Source: Bacteroidota bacterium
Lineage (GTDB): Bacteria; Bacteroidota; Bacteroidia; Flavobacteriales; BACL11
Assembly (NCBI GenBank): GCA_036337275.1
Contig: JAYZEM010000003.1
Coordinates: 14,609-78,608 of the forward strand
Direction: 5' to 3'
DNA length: 64,000 nucleotides
In this document: one piece after another, positions 35,714-47,169 of the stretch
Layout of the letters: the number at the start of each line of letters is the position of its first letter
Position numbering within the stretch: position 1 is the first letter of the stretch
Notes under the pieces: generated by a model
Seen by the model: only the letters and a program-made list of their open reading frames with translations
The model's database searches: none
What the model was told of the DNA's origin: nothing
Made by a program: the position numbers and the translations under genes

Positions 35714-38569
35714 TTAATATTTAATTTCATTAATTTTAAGATTATATGTCATACCATCCTTAGAAGACCTTAAATTCTCTAGCTTTTTCTTAATAAGATA
35801 TTTATTCCCAACAATAACAATTACCATCTTATCTGTCTTAATTTGTGATTTAGCTAAAGCATCTATTTCACTTTTTGTTATTGTATTTAATACATTAGAT
35901 TGCTTCTTAAGATAACTTTTATCTAAATCATATGTTAATACTCTATTTAAAAATCCTAATTTCTGATTTGGAGTTTCATATTTAAGTGATGCTGAATTTA
36001 GAAATGATTTCTTAGTAGATGATATCTCTTCATTGGTTAAGCCATCATTGGTATAACTATCTAGAATATTAAATATCTCACTCAAAGCACTATCAGTAAC
36101 TTCAGTCTTTACACTAGTCTGTAGAGCAAATATCCCCGTATTCTTGCCTGATCTAAAAGATGAATACGCTCCATAAGTATACCCCTTATCTTCTCTTAAG
36201 TTTAAAAAGAGTCTCCCACTAGCTCCTCCTCCTAGCGATTTATTCATTATCTTAGACTTAAAATTAACTCCATCAACATCATAAGTATCTGATTTATGAC
36301 CCATTAAAATAAAGGATTGAGTAGCCCCCTCTTTATCTAACAAATAAATCTGTGTTGTATTATCTTCTGGGAAATTAAAGTTGTTTGGTAGAGTTATATT
36401 TTTATTCTCCCACTTTCTTAAAAACTCTATTTTTGAATAAAAATCTTCTTTAGATATATTTCCAACCGCAATAAGTTCGCATAAATTTGGAGAATAGTTA
36501 CCATAATAAGTCTTCACGTCTTTTAATTTAATCTTTTTTAGACTCTTCTCAGTCATAGATCTTCCATATGGAGAATCCCCAAATAAAATATTTGCCATTG
36601 ACATCTGAGCAAGATAATTTGAATTTTTCTTCATTGATTCAAGACCTTCAAGGTTTCTTTTTTTAATTCTCTTAAAGTCTTCTTCATTAAAGTCGGGAGA
36701 AAAAAGCTTCTCTTCAGCAATCTTGAGTGTCTTGGTAAGATTATCTGTTAAAGACTCAATATACATAATTGTCATATCATCGTTAGATGAAAAAGTAATA
36801 GTACTCCCTAATTTTTGCAGTTCCGCAGACACTAACTCTGATGATTTATTTAGTGTGCTCTCATTCATCATTTGTGCAGTTAGATCAGCCACCCCTATAT
36901 TTTTACTATTTTCAAATAATGAACCTCCATTTATTTTCAGCCGCATATAAACTTTAGGAACTTCTCTTGTTTGAGAAAAAATAGTCTTTAAACCATTAGA
37001 GAATGTCTCTTTATGGTAATCAGGAATATTTGGAGTCTTAGGCTCTGTGGCCTCGGGCATTTTAGCTCTACAACAAATATCAAATTCACCACTCGCTCTA
37101 CTATAAACAAGATTGTCATATTGAGGGTCTTCTTCCAGAATTAAACTAGAATTTGGATTTATTGAGATTATAGAATCTAATTTATCAACAAAAGGGCTTT
37201 TTGGCTTAACTGAATTAATTACACATTTTCTATTCTTAATATACTTATTAAAGACTCTCATGACATCAGTTCGTGTTACATTTCTATATCGATCAATCTC
37301 TGATGAAATATTATATTTTCCACCTCCAAGCCATTCCCAGGATGAAATTGTACTAGCCTTACTAGAAATAGATGTCTTCATATCAACAAATTGGGTTATC
37401 ATCTCTGTTTTTACCATCTCTAAGTCTTCATCAGAGAAACCGCTTTCTTCCCATTCTGCAATTGTATTCCTTATATCAGCCTCTATGTTATTAAAATAAA
37501 CTCCTTGATCTTCTTGCCAATCAGGATAAGTAAGCACTCGAAAATGAAATTCACCTGCCAATTCTCTACATGGATGACTTACATTTGCTTGGATTGCCTT
37601 CTCTGATTTAACAAAATTCTTATAGAACATTGATTTTTTTCCGCCTCCCATTAATGCTGCAAGCATATCCAAAGGAGCCTCATCCTTATGATAATTCTGA
37701 ACTGTAGGAAAAACCATGTCTATCATTGGTAGATAAACATTATCTGTGTAACCTGTATATATATCTGATGATAACCTTGGAATCATTGGTCTTAACTTCC
37801 TAACTTCGACACCTCTAGGGATGGAGCTAAAATATTTTTGGACTAAAAGAAGAACCTTATCTTTTTTTACATCACCTGTAATTGTTAGGATAGCATTGTT
37901 TGGGCCATACCATCTCAAGAAAAAATTCTTTAAATCTTCTAAATCAGCTCTATCTAGATCATCTACATATCCTATAACAGGCCAATTGTAAGGATGAGAA
38001 GGAGGATAAAGCGTTTGTCCTAGTATCTCAAAACTCATTCCGTATTGTCTACTTATTTGATTCTGATATTTCTCATTTTTCACCGCATCTCGTTGATTCT
38101 CAAACTTCTCAGGTGTTACAGCATTTAACAAAAAACCCATTCTATCTGCTTCAAGCCATAATGCAGTTTCTAAATAATTAGATGGTATTGTTTGGAAATA
38201 AACTGTTCTATCAGATGTTGTATTTCCATTCATATTTCCTCCAGCATCATTTATTATTTTAAAATGTTTCTCATCCGGAACATTCTCAGAGCCCTGAAAC
38301 ATCATGTGTTCAAAAAAGTGGGCAAAACCTGATTTACCTGCAGTCTCTCTATTTGAACCAACATGATATGTGACATGCACATGGACTAATGGGTCAGAAT
38401 TATCTTCATGAATAAGTACTGTTAATCCGTTTGGAAGTTCCCATTTTTCATAAGGAATATCTATAGGATTTACACTTTTTTCTTTTACTAGTGTTGGATC
38501 GGTAATATCTTGAGCAAAAATCGAGGTAGAGCAAAGTAATATGGTTAGTATTATATTATATTTTTTCAT
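35714..38569 (-). CDS. M16 (pitrilysin/insulinase) zinc peptidase, exported
   Basis: AHFFEHMMF (HxxEH) and [11 protein letters not shown]; start reassigned to MKKYNIIL at 38569. Confidence 0.93.
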   Translation of the reverse strand: MKKYNIILTILLCSTSIFAQDITDPTLVKEKSVNPIDIPYEKWELPNGLTVLIHEDNSDPLVHVHVTYHVGSNRETAGKSGFAHFFEHMMFQGSENVPDEKHFKIINDAGGNMNGNTTSDRTVYFQTIPSNYLETALWLEADRMGFLLNAVTPEKFENQRDAVKNEKYQNQISRQYGMSFEILGQTLYPPSHPYNWPVIGYVDDLDRADLEDLKNFFLRWYGPNNAILTITGDVKKDKVLLLVQKYFSSIPRGVEVRKLRPMIPRLSSDIYTGYTDNVYLPMIDMVFPTVQNYHKDEAPLDMLAALMGGGKKSMFYKNFVKSEKAIQANVSHPCRELAGEFHFRVLTYPDWQEDQGVYFNNIEADIRNTIAEWEESGFSDEDLEMVKTEMITQFVDMKTSISSKASTISSWEWLGGGKYNISSEIDRYRNVTRTDVMRVFNKYIKNRKCVINSVKPKSPFVDKLDSIISINPNSSLILEEDPQYDNLVYSRASGEFDICCRAKMPEATEPKTPNIPDYHKETFSNGLKTIFSQTREVPKVYMRLKINGGSLFENSKNIGVADLTAQMMNESTLNKSSELVSAELQKLGSTITFSSNDDMTIMYIESLTDNLTKTLKIAEEKLFSPDFNEEDFKRIKKRNLEGLESMKKNSNYLAQMSMANILFGDSPYGRSMTEKSLKKIKLKDVKTYYGNYSPNLCELIAVGNISKEDFYSKIEFLRKWENKNITLPNNFNFPEDNTTQIYLLDKEGATQSFILMGHKSDTYDVDGVNFKSKIMNKSLGGGASGRLFLNLREDKGYTYGAYSSFRSGKNTGIFALQTSVKTEVTDSALSEIFNILDSYTNDGLTNEEISSTKKSFLNSASLKYETPNQKLGFLNRVLTYDLDKSYLKKQSNVLNTITKSEIDALAKSQIKTDKMVIVIVGNKYLIKKKLENLRSSKDGMTYNLKINEIKY

Positions 38570-41126
38570 TATTATCTGTTTCATTTTTATTATCTGTTCG
38601 GTTTTCATCACTATCTTGAGGAATATTATCTTGGGGGTCAGATTTAGCCTGGCCTACCTGATCATTCATCGACTCTTCATCTTGGTCAAAGCGAGATACT
38701 TTTGCGACAGAAGCAATGGAATCCTCATCTTTTAATCGGATGATTTTTACTCCTTGTGTTGCTCTCCCCATCTCTCTTAAAGTATCAACTGCTATACGAA
38801 TAGTAACCCCTGATTTATTAATTACCATCAAATCATCATTATTACTAACATTCTTTAGTGCAATCAAATTTCCAGTTTTATCAGTAACATTAATGGTTTT
38901 TACGCCCTTTCCTCCTCTATTTGTAATACGGTATGCGTCAACAGCTGATCGTTTCCCATAGCCATTTTCAGCTACAACTAAAACGCTTGATTCTTGGTTA
39001 TTAACACAAATCATACCGATTACCTCATCCTTCTCATCAGCTAAACGAATCCCTCTTACTCCTGCTGCAGTTCTTCCCATTGAACGCACTTTTTCTTCTT
39101 CAAAACGAATGGCTTTACCTGATTTTACGGCCAACATGATTTGAGAACTACCATTCGTCATTTTTGCTTCTAAGAGTTGGTCTCCTTCTTTAATTGTGAT
39201 GGCATTAATACCATTTGTTCTTGGCCTTGAATAAGACTCTAAAGAAGTCTTTTTAACCACTCCTTTTTTGGTACACATTACAATATAATTTGAATTGATG
39301 TACTCTTCATCTTTCAAGTCTTTTGTATTGATAAATGCCATTACTTTATCATCAGATGGTATGTTAATCAAATTCTGAATGGCTCTCCCTTTTGAAGTTT
39401 TACTTCCCTCAGGAATTTCATAAACTTTCATCCAAAAACATTTTCCTTTTTCAGTAAAAAACAGCATATAATCATGATTATTAGCCATAAACATCTCTTC
39501 AACAAAATCTTCATCACGAGTTGTCGCACCTCTACTTCCTACCCCACCTCTACCTTGGGCGCGATATTCACTCAATGAAGTTCTCTTAATATAACCCAGA
39601 TGCGAGATAGTAATAAGGACCTCTTCATTAGGAATCATATCTTCAATACTAACTTCTGAAGAAGAGAATTCTATGTTTGTTCTTCTTTCATCGCCATATT
39701 TTTCTTTTACTTCCTCTAAATCCTCACAAAGCATTTGCAATCTTAAGTCTTCATCATTCAAAATGGTGTTTAACTGCTGAATTTTTTCCATTATATCTTT
39801 GTGCTCTTTCTTTATTTTATCCGTTTCTAATCCTGTGAGTTTTTGCAAACGCATATCCAAAATTGCTTTTGCCTGCAATTCAGATAAAGTAAAGTTACTC
39901 ATCAGACCATCTTTCGCGTCTTCTGGTGTTTTAGAGGCTCTAATCATCTTGATTACAGCATCTAGATTGTCAAGCGCAATAAGCAATCCTTCTAAAATAT
40001 GCGCTCTCTTTTCAGCTTGATCGAGCTCATACTTTGTTTTTCGAATAAGCACCTCATGCCTATGGGCTACAAAAAGTTGAATAACTTGTTTTAAATTCAA
40101 TAACTGAGGCCTTCCTTTTACAAGCGCAATATTGTTGACGCTAAATGAAGATTGAAGTTGAGTGAATTTAAATAATTTGTTTAGCACAATATTTGGTATA
40201 GCATCTCTTTTAAGTTCATAAACAATTCGCATACCATTTCTATCTGATTCATCTCTAATGTCAGATATCCCATCAATTCTTTTGCTATTTACCAAATCAG
40301 CCGTTTTCTTTATCAGGTCAGATTTGTTAACCATAAATGGAATTTCCTCAACAATTATTCTTTCTCTGTTTCCTTTTTCTTCAAAACGAACTTTACCTCT
40401 TACTACGATTCTGCCTCTTCCTGTTTCAAATGCGGAACGAACACCTTCATACCCATAAATAGTTCCTCCTGTAGGAAAATCAGGCGCTTTTACATGTTCC
40501 ATCAACTCAGTTATTTCAATTTTACCCCTACTTTTTATGTAAGCAATTGTTCCGTTTACCACCTCCGTTAGATTATGAGGAGGCATATTTGTGGCCATTC
40601 CTACAGCAATTCCTGTAGCGCCATTCAGAAGTAAGTTAGGTAATCTAGAAGGAAGAACTGTTGGTTCTTTTAAAGAATCGTCAAAGTTTAAGGTAAAGTC
40701 AATAGTGTCTTTATCAATATCCAAAAGCATGTCCTCAGAAAGCTTACGCATTCTAGCTTCAGTATAACGCATAGCAGCAGGGTTGTCTCCATCAATAGAG
40801 CCAAAATTTCCTTGACCATCTACAAGCATATATCGCATACTCCATTCTTGAGCCATTCTTACCATTGCATCATAAACAGCAGTATCACCATGAGGATGAA
40901 ATTTACCCAAAACCTCCCCTACGATTCTTGCTGATTTTTTATATGATGAAGTTGCTTTTACACCCAACTCATGCATGCCAAATAATATTCTTCTGTGTAC
41001 CGGTTTAAGTCCATCTCTCACATCAGGAAGAGCTCTAGATACAATAACTGACATTGAATAATCAATGTACTTTGACTTCATTTCTTCCTCAATATTTATC
41101 GGAATTATCTTTTCTCCAAGCGGCAT
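38556..41126 (-). CDS. gyrA: DNA gyrase subunit A
   Basis: [28 protein letters not shown] and GyrA-box QGRGGVG. Confidence 0.98.
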   Translation of the reverse strand: MPLGEKIIPINIEEEMKSKYIDYSMSVIVSRALPDVRDGLKPVHRRILFGMHELGVKATSSYKKSARIVGEVLGKFHPHGDTAVYDAMVRMAQEWSMRYMLVDGQGNFGSIDGDNPAAMRYTEARMRKLSEDMLLDIDKDTIDFTLNFDDSLKEPTVLPSRLPNLLLNGATGIAVGMATNMPPHNLTEVVNGTIAYIKSRGKIEITELMEHVKAPDFPTGGTIYGYEGVRSAFETGRGRIVVRGKVRFEEKGNRERIIVEEIPFMVNKSDLIKKTADLVNSKRIDGISDIRDESDRNGMRIVYELKRDAIPNIVLNKLFKFTQLQSSFSVNNIALVKGRPQLLNLKQVIQLFVAHRHEVLIRKTKYELDQAEKRAHILEGLLIALDNLDAVIKMIRASKTPEDAKDGLMSNFTLSELQAKAILDMRLQKLTGLETDKIKKEHKDIMEKIQQLNTILNDEDLRLQMLCEDLEEVKEKYGDERRTNIEFSSSEVSIEDMIPNEEVLITISHLGYIKRTSLSEYRAQGRGGVGSRGATTRDEDFVEEMFMANNHDYMLFFTEKGKCFWMKVYEIPEGSKTSKGRAIQNLINIPSDDKVMAFINTKDLKDEEYINSNYIVMCTKKGVVKKTSLESYSRPRTNGINAITIKEGDQLLEAKMTNGSSQIMLAVKSGKAIRFEEEKVRSMGRTAAGVRGIRLADEKDEVIGMICVNNQESSVLVVAENGYGKRSAVDAYRITNRGGKGVKTINVTDKTGNLIALKNVSNNDDLMVINKSGVTIRIAVDTLREMGRATQGVKIIRLKDEDSIASVAKVSRFDQDEESMNDQVGQAKSDPQDNIPQDSDENRTDNKNETDNNEKI

Positions 41127-41328
41127 ATTTTTTATTGTTTTAAATTAGAAGAAACAAAGAAAAGAAAATTGCGTATTTTATGATAAGAAACGACACTTTT
41201 TTTCGTTTGTAAGTTATGAACATTTTTTGTTGAAAAAAATAGCTGAGAAGCGGAAGAAATAAGTTGTATTTTCTCTAATTATTGCAGTATGAAATTGAAC
41301 GAAAATGAAAAAATAAAAAAACAAGCCT

Positions 41329-43875
41329 ATGAACACTGAATTTTCAACTAGAATGAAGGATGTTTTTACCTATGTAAAAGAAGAAGCTTTACGTTTAGGT
41401 CAGGACACAATTGGGACAGAACATTTACTTTTAGGGATAATAAGAGAAGGTGATGGCACTGCAATTACTGTACTGAAAAGTTTAGGCATAGATGTTGCTG
41501 ATTTACGCAAAGTAGTTGAAAACACAATCACTAGTTCTAAAAAGACCAACTTAAAAATAGTAGATGAAGAGAAAATTCAATTTAAGCGCCAAACCGAACG
41601 AGCACTTAAAAAATCTATTTTGGAAAGAAAGAAGTTGCAATCAAATGAAATAAAAACCATACATGTGCTTCTTGCTATTTTATTGGATAAAAACAATGTA
41701 GTAAGCACTACCCTAAAACACTTTCAAATTTCTTATGATGTAGTGCTTGATGAATATTTAGAGCTATTTAATGATGTCTTAGCTGAATTGGATAGTCCAT
41801 TAGAAGAAGATGATGATGACATTTTTGAGCAAAAAGAAGAAACAAAAAAACCTGCAGGCAGCAGTAAATCTACAACTCCAGTGCTAGATAATTTTGGAAG
41901 AGATTTAACAAAGTCAGCAGCACAAGGAACTTTGGATCCAATTGTAGGTAGACAAAAAGAAATTGAAAGGGTTTCACAAATTTTAAGCAGAAGAAAAAAG
42001 AATAACCCAATACTGATTGGCGAACCAGGAGTCGGAAAATCGGCAATTGCGGAAGGTTTAGCACTTAGAATTGTAAATAAAAAGATTTCTAGAGTACTGT
42101 TTAACAAAAGGATAATTATGCTTGACTTGGCAGCATTAGTTGCAGGAACAAAATACAGGGGTCAATTTGAAGAAAGAATGAAAGCAGTTATTACTGAACT
42201 GGAAAAAAATCCTAATATAATATTGTTTATTGATGAAATTCATACACTTGTTGGAGCTGGTGGGGCTTCTGGCTCTTTGGATGCTTCAAATATGTTTAAG
42301 CCGGCTTTGGCTAGAGGAGAGTTGCAATGTATAGGTGCCACTACTTTAGATGAATATCGTCAGCATATCGAAAAGGATGGCGCATTGGAAAGAAGGTTTC
42401 AAAAAGTAATGATAGACCCTACAACTGCTGAGGAAACAATCGAAATTCTACAAAATATTAAAGAAAGGTATGAAGAGCATCATAATGTAAGGTATACTGA
42501 TGATGCTATTCATGCATGTGTTTTGCTTAGCGACAGGTATATGAATGATAGATTTTTACCAGATAAAGCAATTGATGCACTAGATGAAGCGGGTTCTAGA
42601 ATTCATATTACAAATATCACAGTACCTGAAAACATTTTACATTTAGAAGAAAAATTAGGCCATATAAAAAAGAAAAAAGAACAGCAGATTAAAAAACAAG
42701 CATTTGAAGAAGCTGGCAGGTTAAGGGATAAGGAAAAAAGATTGATTGCACAACTTGATCATGCAAAAGATATCTGGGAAAAAGGCTTAAAATCGAATAA
42801 AGAAACAGTCACTGAAGAACATATTGCAGATGTAATTGCTATGATGACTGGGATACCTGTCCAAAGAATTGCTGAACAAGAAAGTAATAAATTGGTATGT
42901 ATGAGTACGCAATTAGAGCAAAAAGTTATTGGTCAAATTGAGGCTATAGAGAAAATTGTAAAAGCAATTAGAAGAAACAGGGTTGGCTTAAAAGATCCAA
43001 ACAAACCAATCGGTTCTTTTATCTTTTTAGGAGCAACAGGCGTTGGAAAAACGCATCTAGCGAAAGAACTTTCTAAAGAATTATTTGACACTACTGAAGC
43101 TTTAATCAGAATAGATATGAGTGAGTATATGGAGAAATTTGCAGTCTCCAGATTAGTTGGCGCACCTCCTGGTTATGTAGGATATGAGGAAGGAGGACAA
43201 CTAACAGAAAAAGTAAGAAGGAAACCCTATTCAGTAGTACTTCTTGATGAAATAGAAAAGGCACATCCAGATGTTTTTAATCTTTTATTGCAAGTATTAG
43301 ATGATGGGCAAATGACAGATAGTTTAGGAAGAAAAATTGATTTCAAAAACACTGTTATTATTATGACTTCTAATATTGGCTCTCGTCAATTGAAAGATTT
43401 TGGTCAGGGAGTTGGTTTTAATACTGCGGCCAAGAAGAAGGGGGCTGACAAACATAGCAGAGGGATAATTGAAAATGCACTGAAAAAAAGCTTTGCACCA
43501 GAATTTTTGAATCGTATTGATGATGTAATCATCTTCAATAATTTATCAAAAAGACATATTAAGCAAATTATTGATATTGAATTAGATAGTTTACTTAATC
43601 GTATCAATACTTTAGGTTATAAGATATCAATTTCTGAGAAAGCAAAAGATTTTGTTGCTGAAAAAGGCTTTGATATCCAATTTGGTGCTCGTCCACTCAA
43701 AAGAGCTATTCAAAAATATATTGAAGATCCTTTAGCGGAAGACATTATAAATGCAAACCTGAAAGAAGGAGATATTATACGGCTAGGGGTAAATAAAGAT
43801 GAAGACGCTTTAAAGGTAAGTATTGTAAAGCCAAAAAAAGTAAAAAAGAAAGCAAAAGATAAATTAAAAGGGTAG
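41329..43875 (+). CDS. clpC: ATP-dependent Clp protease ATPase subunit ClpC
   Basis: ClpN domain, two AAA+ modules ([16 protein letters not shown]), UVR linker, VGF loop. Confidence 0.95.
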   Translation: MNTEFSTRMKDVFTYVKEEALRLGQDTIGTEHLLLGIIREGDGTAITVLKSLGIDVADLRKVVENTITSSKKTNLKIVDEEKIQFKRQTERALKKSILERKKLQSNEIKTIHVLLAILLDKNNVVSTTLKHFQISYDVVLDEYLELFNDVLAELDSPLEEDDDDIFEQKEETKKPAGSSKSTTPVLDNFGRDLTKSAAQGTLDPIVGRQKEIERVSQILSRRKKNNPILIGEPGVGKSAIAEGLALRIVNKKISRVLFNKRIIMLDLAALVAGTKYRGQFEERMKAVITELEKNPNIILFIDEIHTLVGAGGASGSLDASNMFKPALARGELQCIGATTLDEYRQHIEKDGALERRFQKVMIDPTTAEETIEILQNIKERYEEHHNVRYTDDAIHACVLLSDRYMNDRFLPDKAIDALDEAGSRIHITNITVPENILHLEEKLGHIKKKKEQQIKKQAFEEAGRLRDKEKRLIAQLDHAKDIWEKGLKSNKETVTEEHIADVIAMMTGIPVQRIAEQESNKLVCMSTQLEQKVIGQIEAIEKIVKAIRRNRVGLKDPNKPIGSFIFLGATGVGKTHLAKELSKELFDTTEALIRIDMSEYMEKFAVSRLVGAPPGYVGYEEGGQLTEKVRRKPYSVVLLDEIEKAHPDVFNLLLQVLDDGQMTDSLGRKIDFKNTVIIMTSNIGSRQLKDFGQGVGFNTAAKKKGADKHSRGIIENALKKSFAPEFLNRIDDVIIFNNLSKRHIKQIIDIELDSLLNRINTLGYKISISEKAKDFVAEKGFDIQFGARPLKRAIQKYIEDPLAEDIINANLKEGDIIRLGVNKDEDALKVSIVKPKKVKKKAKDKLKG

Positions 43876-44760
43876 TTTTTCTCCTTGTTCTGCTGTAAGT
43901 TTATTGAATAGACTTTTTAGTTCAGAAAGTAAATCTCCACTGTTTTTTATTTGCCTTTTATCAATCTCTACTACTCTAGCTAATTCACCCATTGTGCCAG
44001 TAGTGAATACCTCATCTGCATTGTATAACTCGGTTACAGAAATATCTTTCTCAAAAATTTGGATATTATTTTCATTGCACAATTGAATGATCAACCCCCT
44101 TGTTATTCCAGGCAAACATGCCTTTGCAAAAGGAGTACAAACCACCCCATCCTTTATCATGAAAATATTTGTTGCATTTGTTTCTGCTACAAAACCATCC
44201 AAATCTAGCATAATAGCATCATCTACCCCGGCATGATTGGCTTCAATTTTAGCCAAAATATTATTGATTAGATTATTATGATGAATTTTTGAATCCAGGC
44301 AAAGTGGAGAATTCCTGCGAATATTAGCTGTTAATAATTTTAATTGCTTTCCAGTATAAATGGAAGGCTTCCATTCCGCCACAACTATTAGCGTACAGCC
44401 AAACTGATTAAGTGCAGGATTCATTCCAGAAGTAATTTTTACTCCTCTACTAAGAGTTAGTCGTATATGCGTATCATCTCGCATACCATTTGCTTTTAAG
44501 GTGGAAAATATTGCGGATTTGATGTCATCTAGAGATGGTATATTTAGAAAATCCATACTCTTTGCCGATTCCATCAAACGATTCAAATGTTTTTCTAAAC
44601 AAAAAACACGACCACCATATACCCTAATCCCTTCCCAAACGCCATCACCACCTTGTACAATACTGTCAAAAACGGAAACTTTTGCCTCATCTCTGTGTAA
44701 AAGATCTCCATTTATCCACACTTTAATATCCTTATTTCTATCATCAAATTGTTGTGTCAT
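43864..44760 (-). CDS. Aminotransferase class IV (BCAT-like) protein
   Basis: GDGVWEGIR, H..RL..SA, E...TNIF, LPGITR and ADEVFTTGT. Confidence 0.9.
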   Translation of the reverse strand: MTQQFDDRNKDIKVWINGDLLHRDEAKVSVFDSIVQGGDGVWEGIRVYGGRVFCLEKHLNRLMESAKSMDFLNIPSLDDIKSAIFSTLKANGMRDDTHIRLTLSRGVKITSGMNPALNQFGCTLIVVAEWKPSIYTGKQLKLLTANIRRNSPLCLDSKIHHNNLINNILAKIEANHAGVDDAIMLDLDGFVAETNATNIFMIKDGVVCTPFAKACLPGITRGLIIQLCNENNIQIFEKDISVTELYNADEVFTTGTMGELARVVEIDKRQIKNSGDLLSELKSLFNKLTAEQGEKLPF

Positions 44761-45473
44761 ATCTTTATTGATTTATCTGTTAAAAATTCATAAAAAGGCA
44801 AGCATTCTTTCGCTAGGCTTGCATTACTACCTCTGAGTGATATTTCTATTTTCTTATCTGAAAAAAAACCTGTAGAATTATGAACATTTGCATACCAATA
44901 CTTTGCCCAAATTCCATCTTCTTCTCTAGCTCCCTGTTCCCATTGCAACATTTCCTCATCAAATTCTATCTCTAACTCCAAACAAAGCTGTTGTAAAATT
45001 AATTTTGGATCTTTTAATAAATATTTTGAATCCAAGACTATAGGATTTTCACCTATTTCAATTAAATGATGATACAATTCATATTGCTTTTCAATACCTA
45101 TATCTTCCATTTTAGGGTCTAGAATTACTTTTGAATAAGATGCTATGATTTCTTCTGGATTTCTAATAAAAATAATATTACTCACTTTTGATAAAAAATC
45201 CAAGTTAATAGCTGTCAAAAAGTGTGTCATCAATTTATGGAATGTGATTTTATCTCTCTGTTTCAAGATAATTTGATCTACAACCTTCTCACCATCGTAT
45301 TCTTGAGTATTTAACACCTCTTCTTTTCCTGGATGATCAGCACATGATACCTTTAAATAATGAGCGTAAAGGGGTTCGTCAAAAACTAATGTATCTGATC
45401 TTTGCGCAAAACTATACATCAATGCAGTAGAAACATTTCTAGGGCAAGACCATAAACAAATTATCTTTTTCAT
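44757..45473 (-). CDS. P-loop sulfotransferase-like protein
   Basis: WSCPRNVSTALMYSF, DEPLY, IRNP..IIASY and WA.YWY. Confidence 0.85.
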   Translation of the reverse strand: MKKIICLWSCPRNVSTALMYSFAQRSDTLVFDEPLYAHYLKVSCADHPGKEEVLNTQEYDGEKVVDQIILKQRDKITFHKLMTHFLTAINLDFLSKVSNIIFIRNPEEIIASYSKVILDPKMEDIGIEKQYELYHHLIEIGENPIVLDSKYLLKDPKLILQQLCLELEIEFDEEMLQWEQGAREEDGIWAKYWYANVHNSTGFFSDKKIEISLRGSNASLAKECLPFYEFLTDKSIKI

Positions 45474-45509
45474 AAATCAAAAATAGAAAAAGAACTCTTC
45501 TGACTTTAT

Positions 45510-46319
45510 TTATGGTTTATAATTTTGGCAATGAGCACTGATATACTTTGAATCTCCTGATGTAAAAGATTTATACATCTTACTTCCTTCAACTGCAGCA
45601 AAGGATTCTAAAATCTTTCTTAGCCAAGCGTATTTGAATTTACTAATTGCATTTAAGCGTTCAGTTGTCATTATTTTACTTGCTTTAATCACATTAGAAG
45701 TGATGTCTTTTTTTGTAATTAATTTCAGCCCATCAGTATCTAATTTTTTAAGTAAATCATCCATTCTTTTGGCTTTTCTTAAATCACAAAACAAAAATGC
45801 TCCATTGGGCTTTAGTACTCTTTTCACTTCATTTAAGAATTTCTCCATTGAAGCATAGCAGTGTGAGGACTCTACATTAATTACAACATCAAAAAAATTA
45901 TCATCAAAAGGTAGTCTTTCAGCATCACCTTGCTGAAAGGTTAAATTTTCTTGTTTATAATTTTTATTGCACAGAGCAATTGCAGAGGGTGAAATATCTA
46001 CACCTTCCATCCTTTCAGGACTCAGATATTTTGCAATATAAGCAGCACCGCCTCCTCTTCCTGAACCTACTTCTAACACTTTTAGCCCTTTTAAATTTAC
46101 TTGTGAAGCAACATGATGATAAAGTTGTATTGTAAACCTGTTATTCTCATCTTCAGCATCTAGAGTTAAGCTTCTTTCCAAACCAAAATAACCGTAATTC
46201 ATAAACTTCAAATTAGGGTTCTCTACCTTTTGAGTAAACAAAGTATACCACTTTTTCCAGAACCATCTTTTTAATCTTGGAAAAAGATCAAATAGGTAAA
46301 ATACTATTTTATATAGCAT
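45510..46319 (-). CDS. Class I SAM methyltransferase (lipid/fatty-acid O-methyltransferase-like)
   Basis: FMNYGY, LEVGSGRGGG, GDAERLPF and NVESSHCY. Confidence 0.85.
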   Translation of the reverse strand: MLYKIVFYLFDLFPRLKRWFWKKWYTLFTQKVENPNLKFMNYGYFGLERSLTLDAEDENNRFTIQLYHHVASQVNLKGLKVLEVGSGRGGGAAYIAKYLSPERMEGVDISPSAIALCNKNYKQENLTFQQGDAERLPFDDNFFDVVINVESSHCYASMEKFLNEVKRVLKPNGAFLFCDLRKAKRMDDLLKKLDTDGLKLITKKDITSNVIKASKIMTTERLNAISKFKYAWLRKILESFAAVEGSKMYKSFTSGDSKYISAHCQNYKP

Positions 46320-46320
46320 C

Positions 46321-47145
46321 CTACTTTTTAAAATCTTTCATGTAAATCGCCATAGCTTCTTCACTCATTCCCATAAAAGAAAATCCTCCGTCATGGAATA
46401 AGTTTTGCATAGTGACTTTCCTGGTGTAATCTGAAAATAATGAGATGCAGTATTCAGCACAATCGTCTGCAGAAGCATTGCCTAGTGGCGCTAAGTCATC
46501 TGAGAATTTATAAAAACCATCAAACCCTGCGACTCCACTCCCAGCAGTAGTTTCTGTAGGAGATTGAGAGATGGTGTTTACCCTAACCTTTCGCCTTATT
46601 CCGTAATGATAGCCAAAACTCCTAGCAATAGATTCTAAAACCGCTTTATTATCAGCCATATCATTATAAGTGTGGAATACCCTTTGTGCAGCAATATACG
46701 ACAAGCCAACTACAGAACCCCACTCATTTAAAGCATCAAGTTCCCAAGCTGCCTGCATGGTTTTATGAAAAGATAATGCAGAAACATCATAGCCTTTCAT
46801 AGTCCAATCATAATTTTGCTCGTAGTAGGCTCTACCCTTTCTTACATTTACTGACATACCAATGGAATGCAATATAAAATCAATCTTTCCACCCAGTTCT
46901 TCCATAGCGCCTTCATATAAGGCTTTCAAGTCGTCCATTGACGTAGCATCAGCAGATATAACTTTTGATCCAGTTTCCTCAGCCAATTCATTTATTGTTC
47001 CCATTCTAAGTGCAATTGGTGCATTTGTTAATACAAACTCTGCTCCTTCTGCATGAGCATGTTCAGCAACTTTCCAAGCTATTGATTTACTGTCTAAAGC
47101 GCCAAATATAATTCCTCTCTTCCCTTTTAAAATATTGTGTGCCAT
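46321..47145 (-). CDS. fabI: Enoyl-ACP reductase
   Basis: GIIFGALD..SIAW, LHSIGMS and YNDMADNK (Bacteroidota type). Confidence 0.93.
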   Translation of the reverse strand: MAHNILKGKRGIIFGALDSKSIAWKVAEHAHAEGAEFVLTNAPIALRMGTINELAEETGSKVISADATSMDDLKALYEGAMEELGGKIDFILHSIGMSVNVRKGRAYYEQNYDWTMKGYDVSALSFHKTMQAAWELDALNEWGSVVGLSYIAAQRVFHTYNDMADNKAVLESIARSFGYHYGIRRKVRVNTISQSPTETTAGSGVAGFDGFYKFSDDLAPLGNASADDCAEYCISLFSDYTRKVTMQNLFHDGGFSFMGMSEEAMAIYMKDFKK

Positions 47146-47158
47146 TCTATTTTTTATG

Positions 47159-47166
47159 CAAATATA
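47159..47166 (-). promoter_or_regulatory. Internal -7 promoter element (TATATTTG) for fabI
   Basis: TAnnTTTG in the short recN-fabI gap. Confidence 0.5.
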
Positions 47167-47169
47167 AAC

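Noticed and set aside
30872-44636. KOPS-like GGGNAGGG octamers pointing toward dif (30872 and 30877 on plus; 44629-44636 on minus)
   Set aside because: Too few, explained by Trp/Gly codons, and I do not know the KOPS motif for Bacteroidota; not used as evidence
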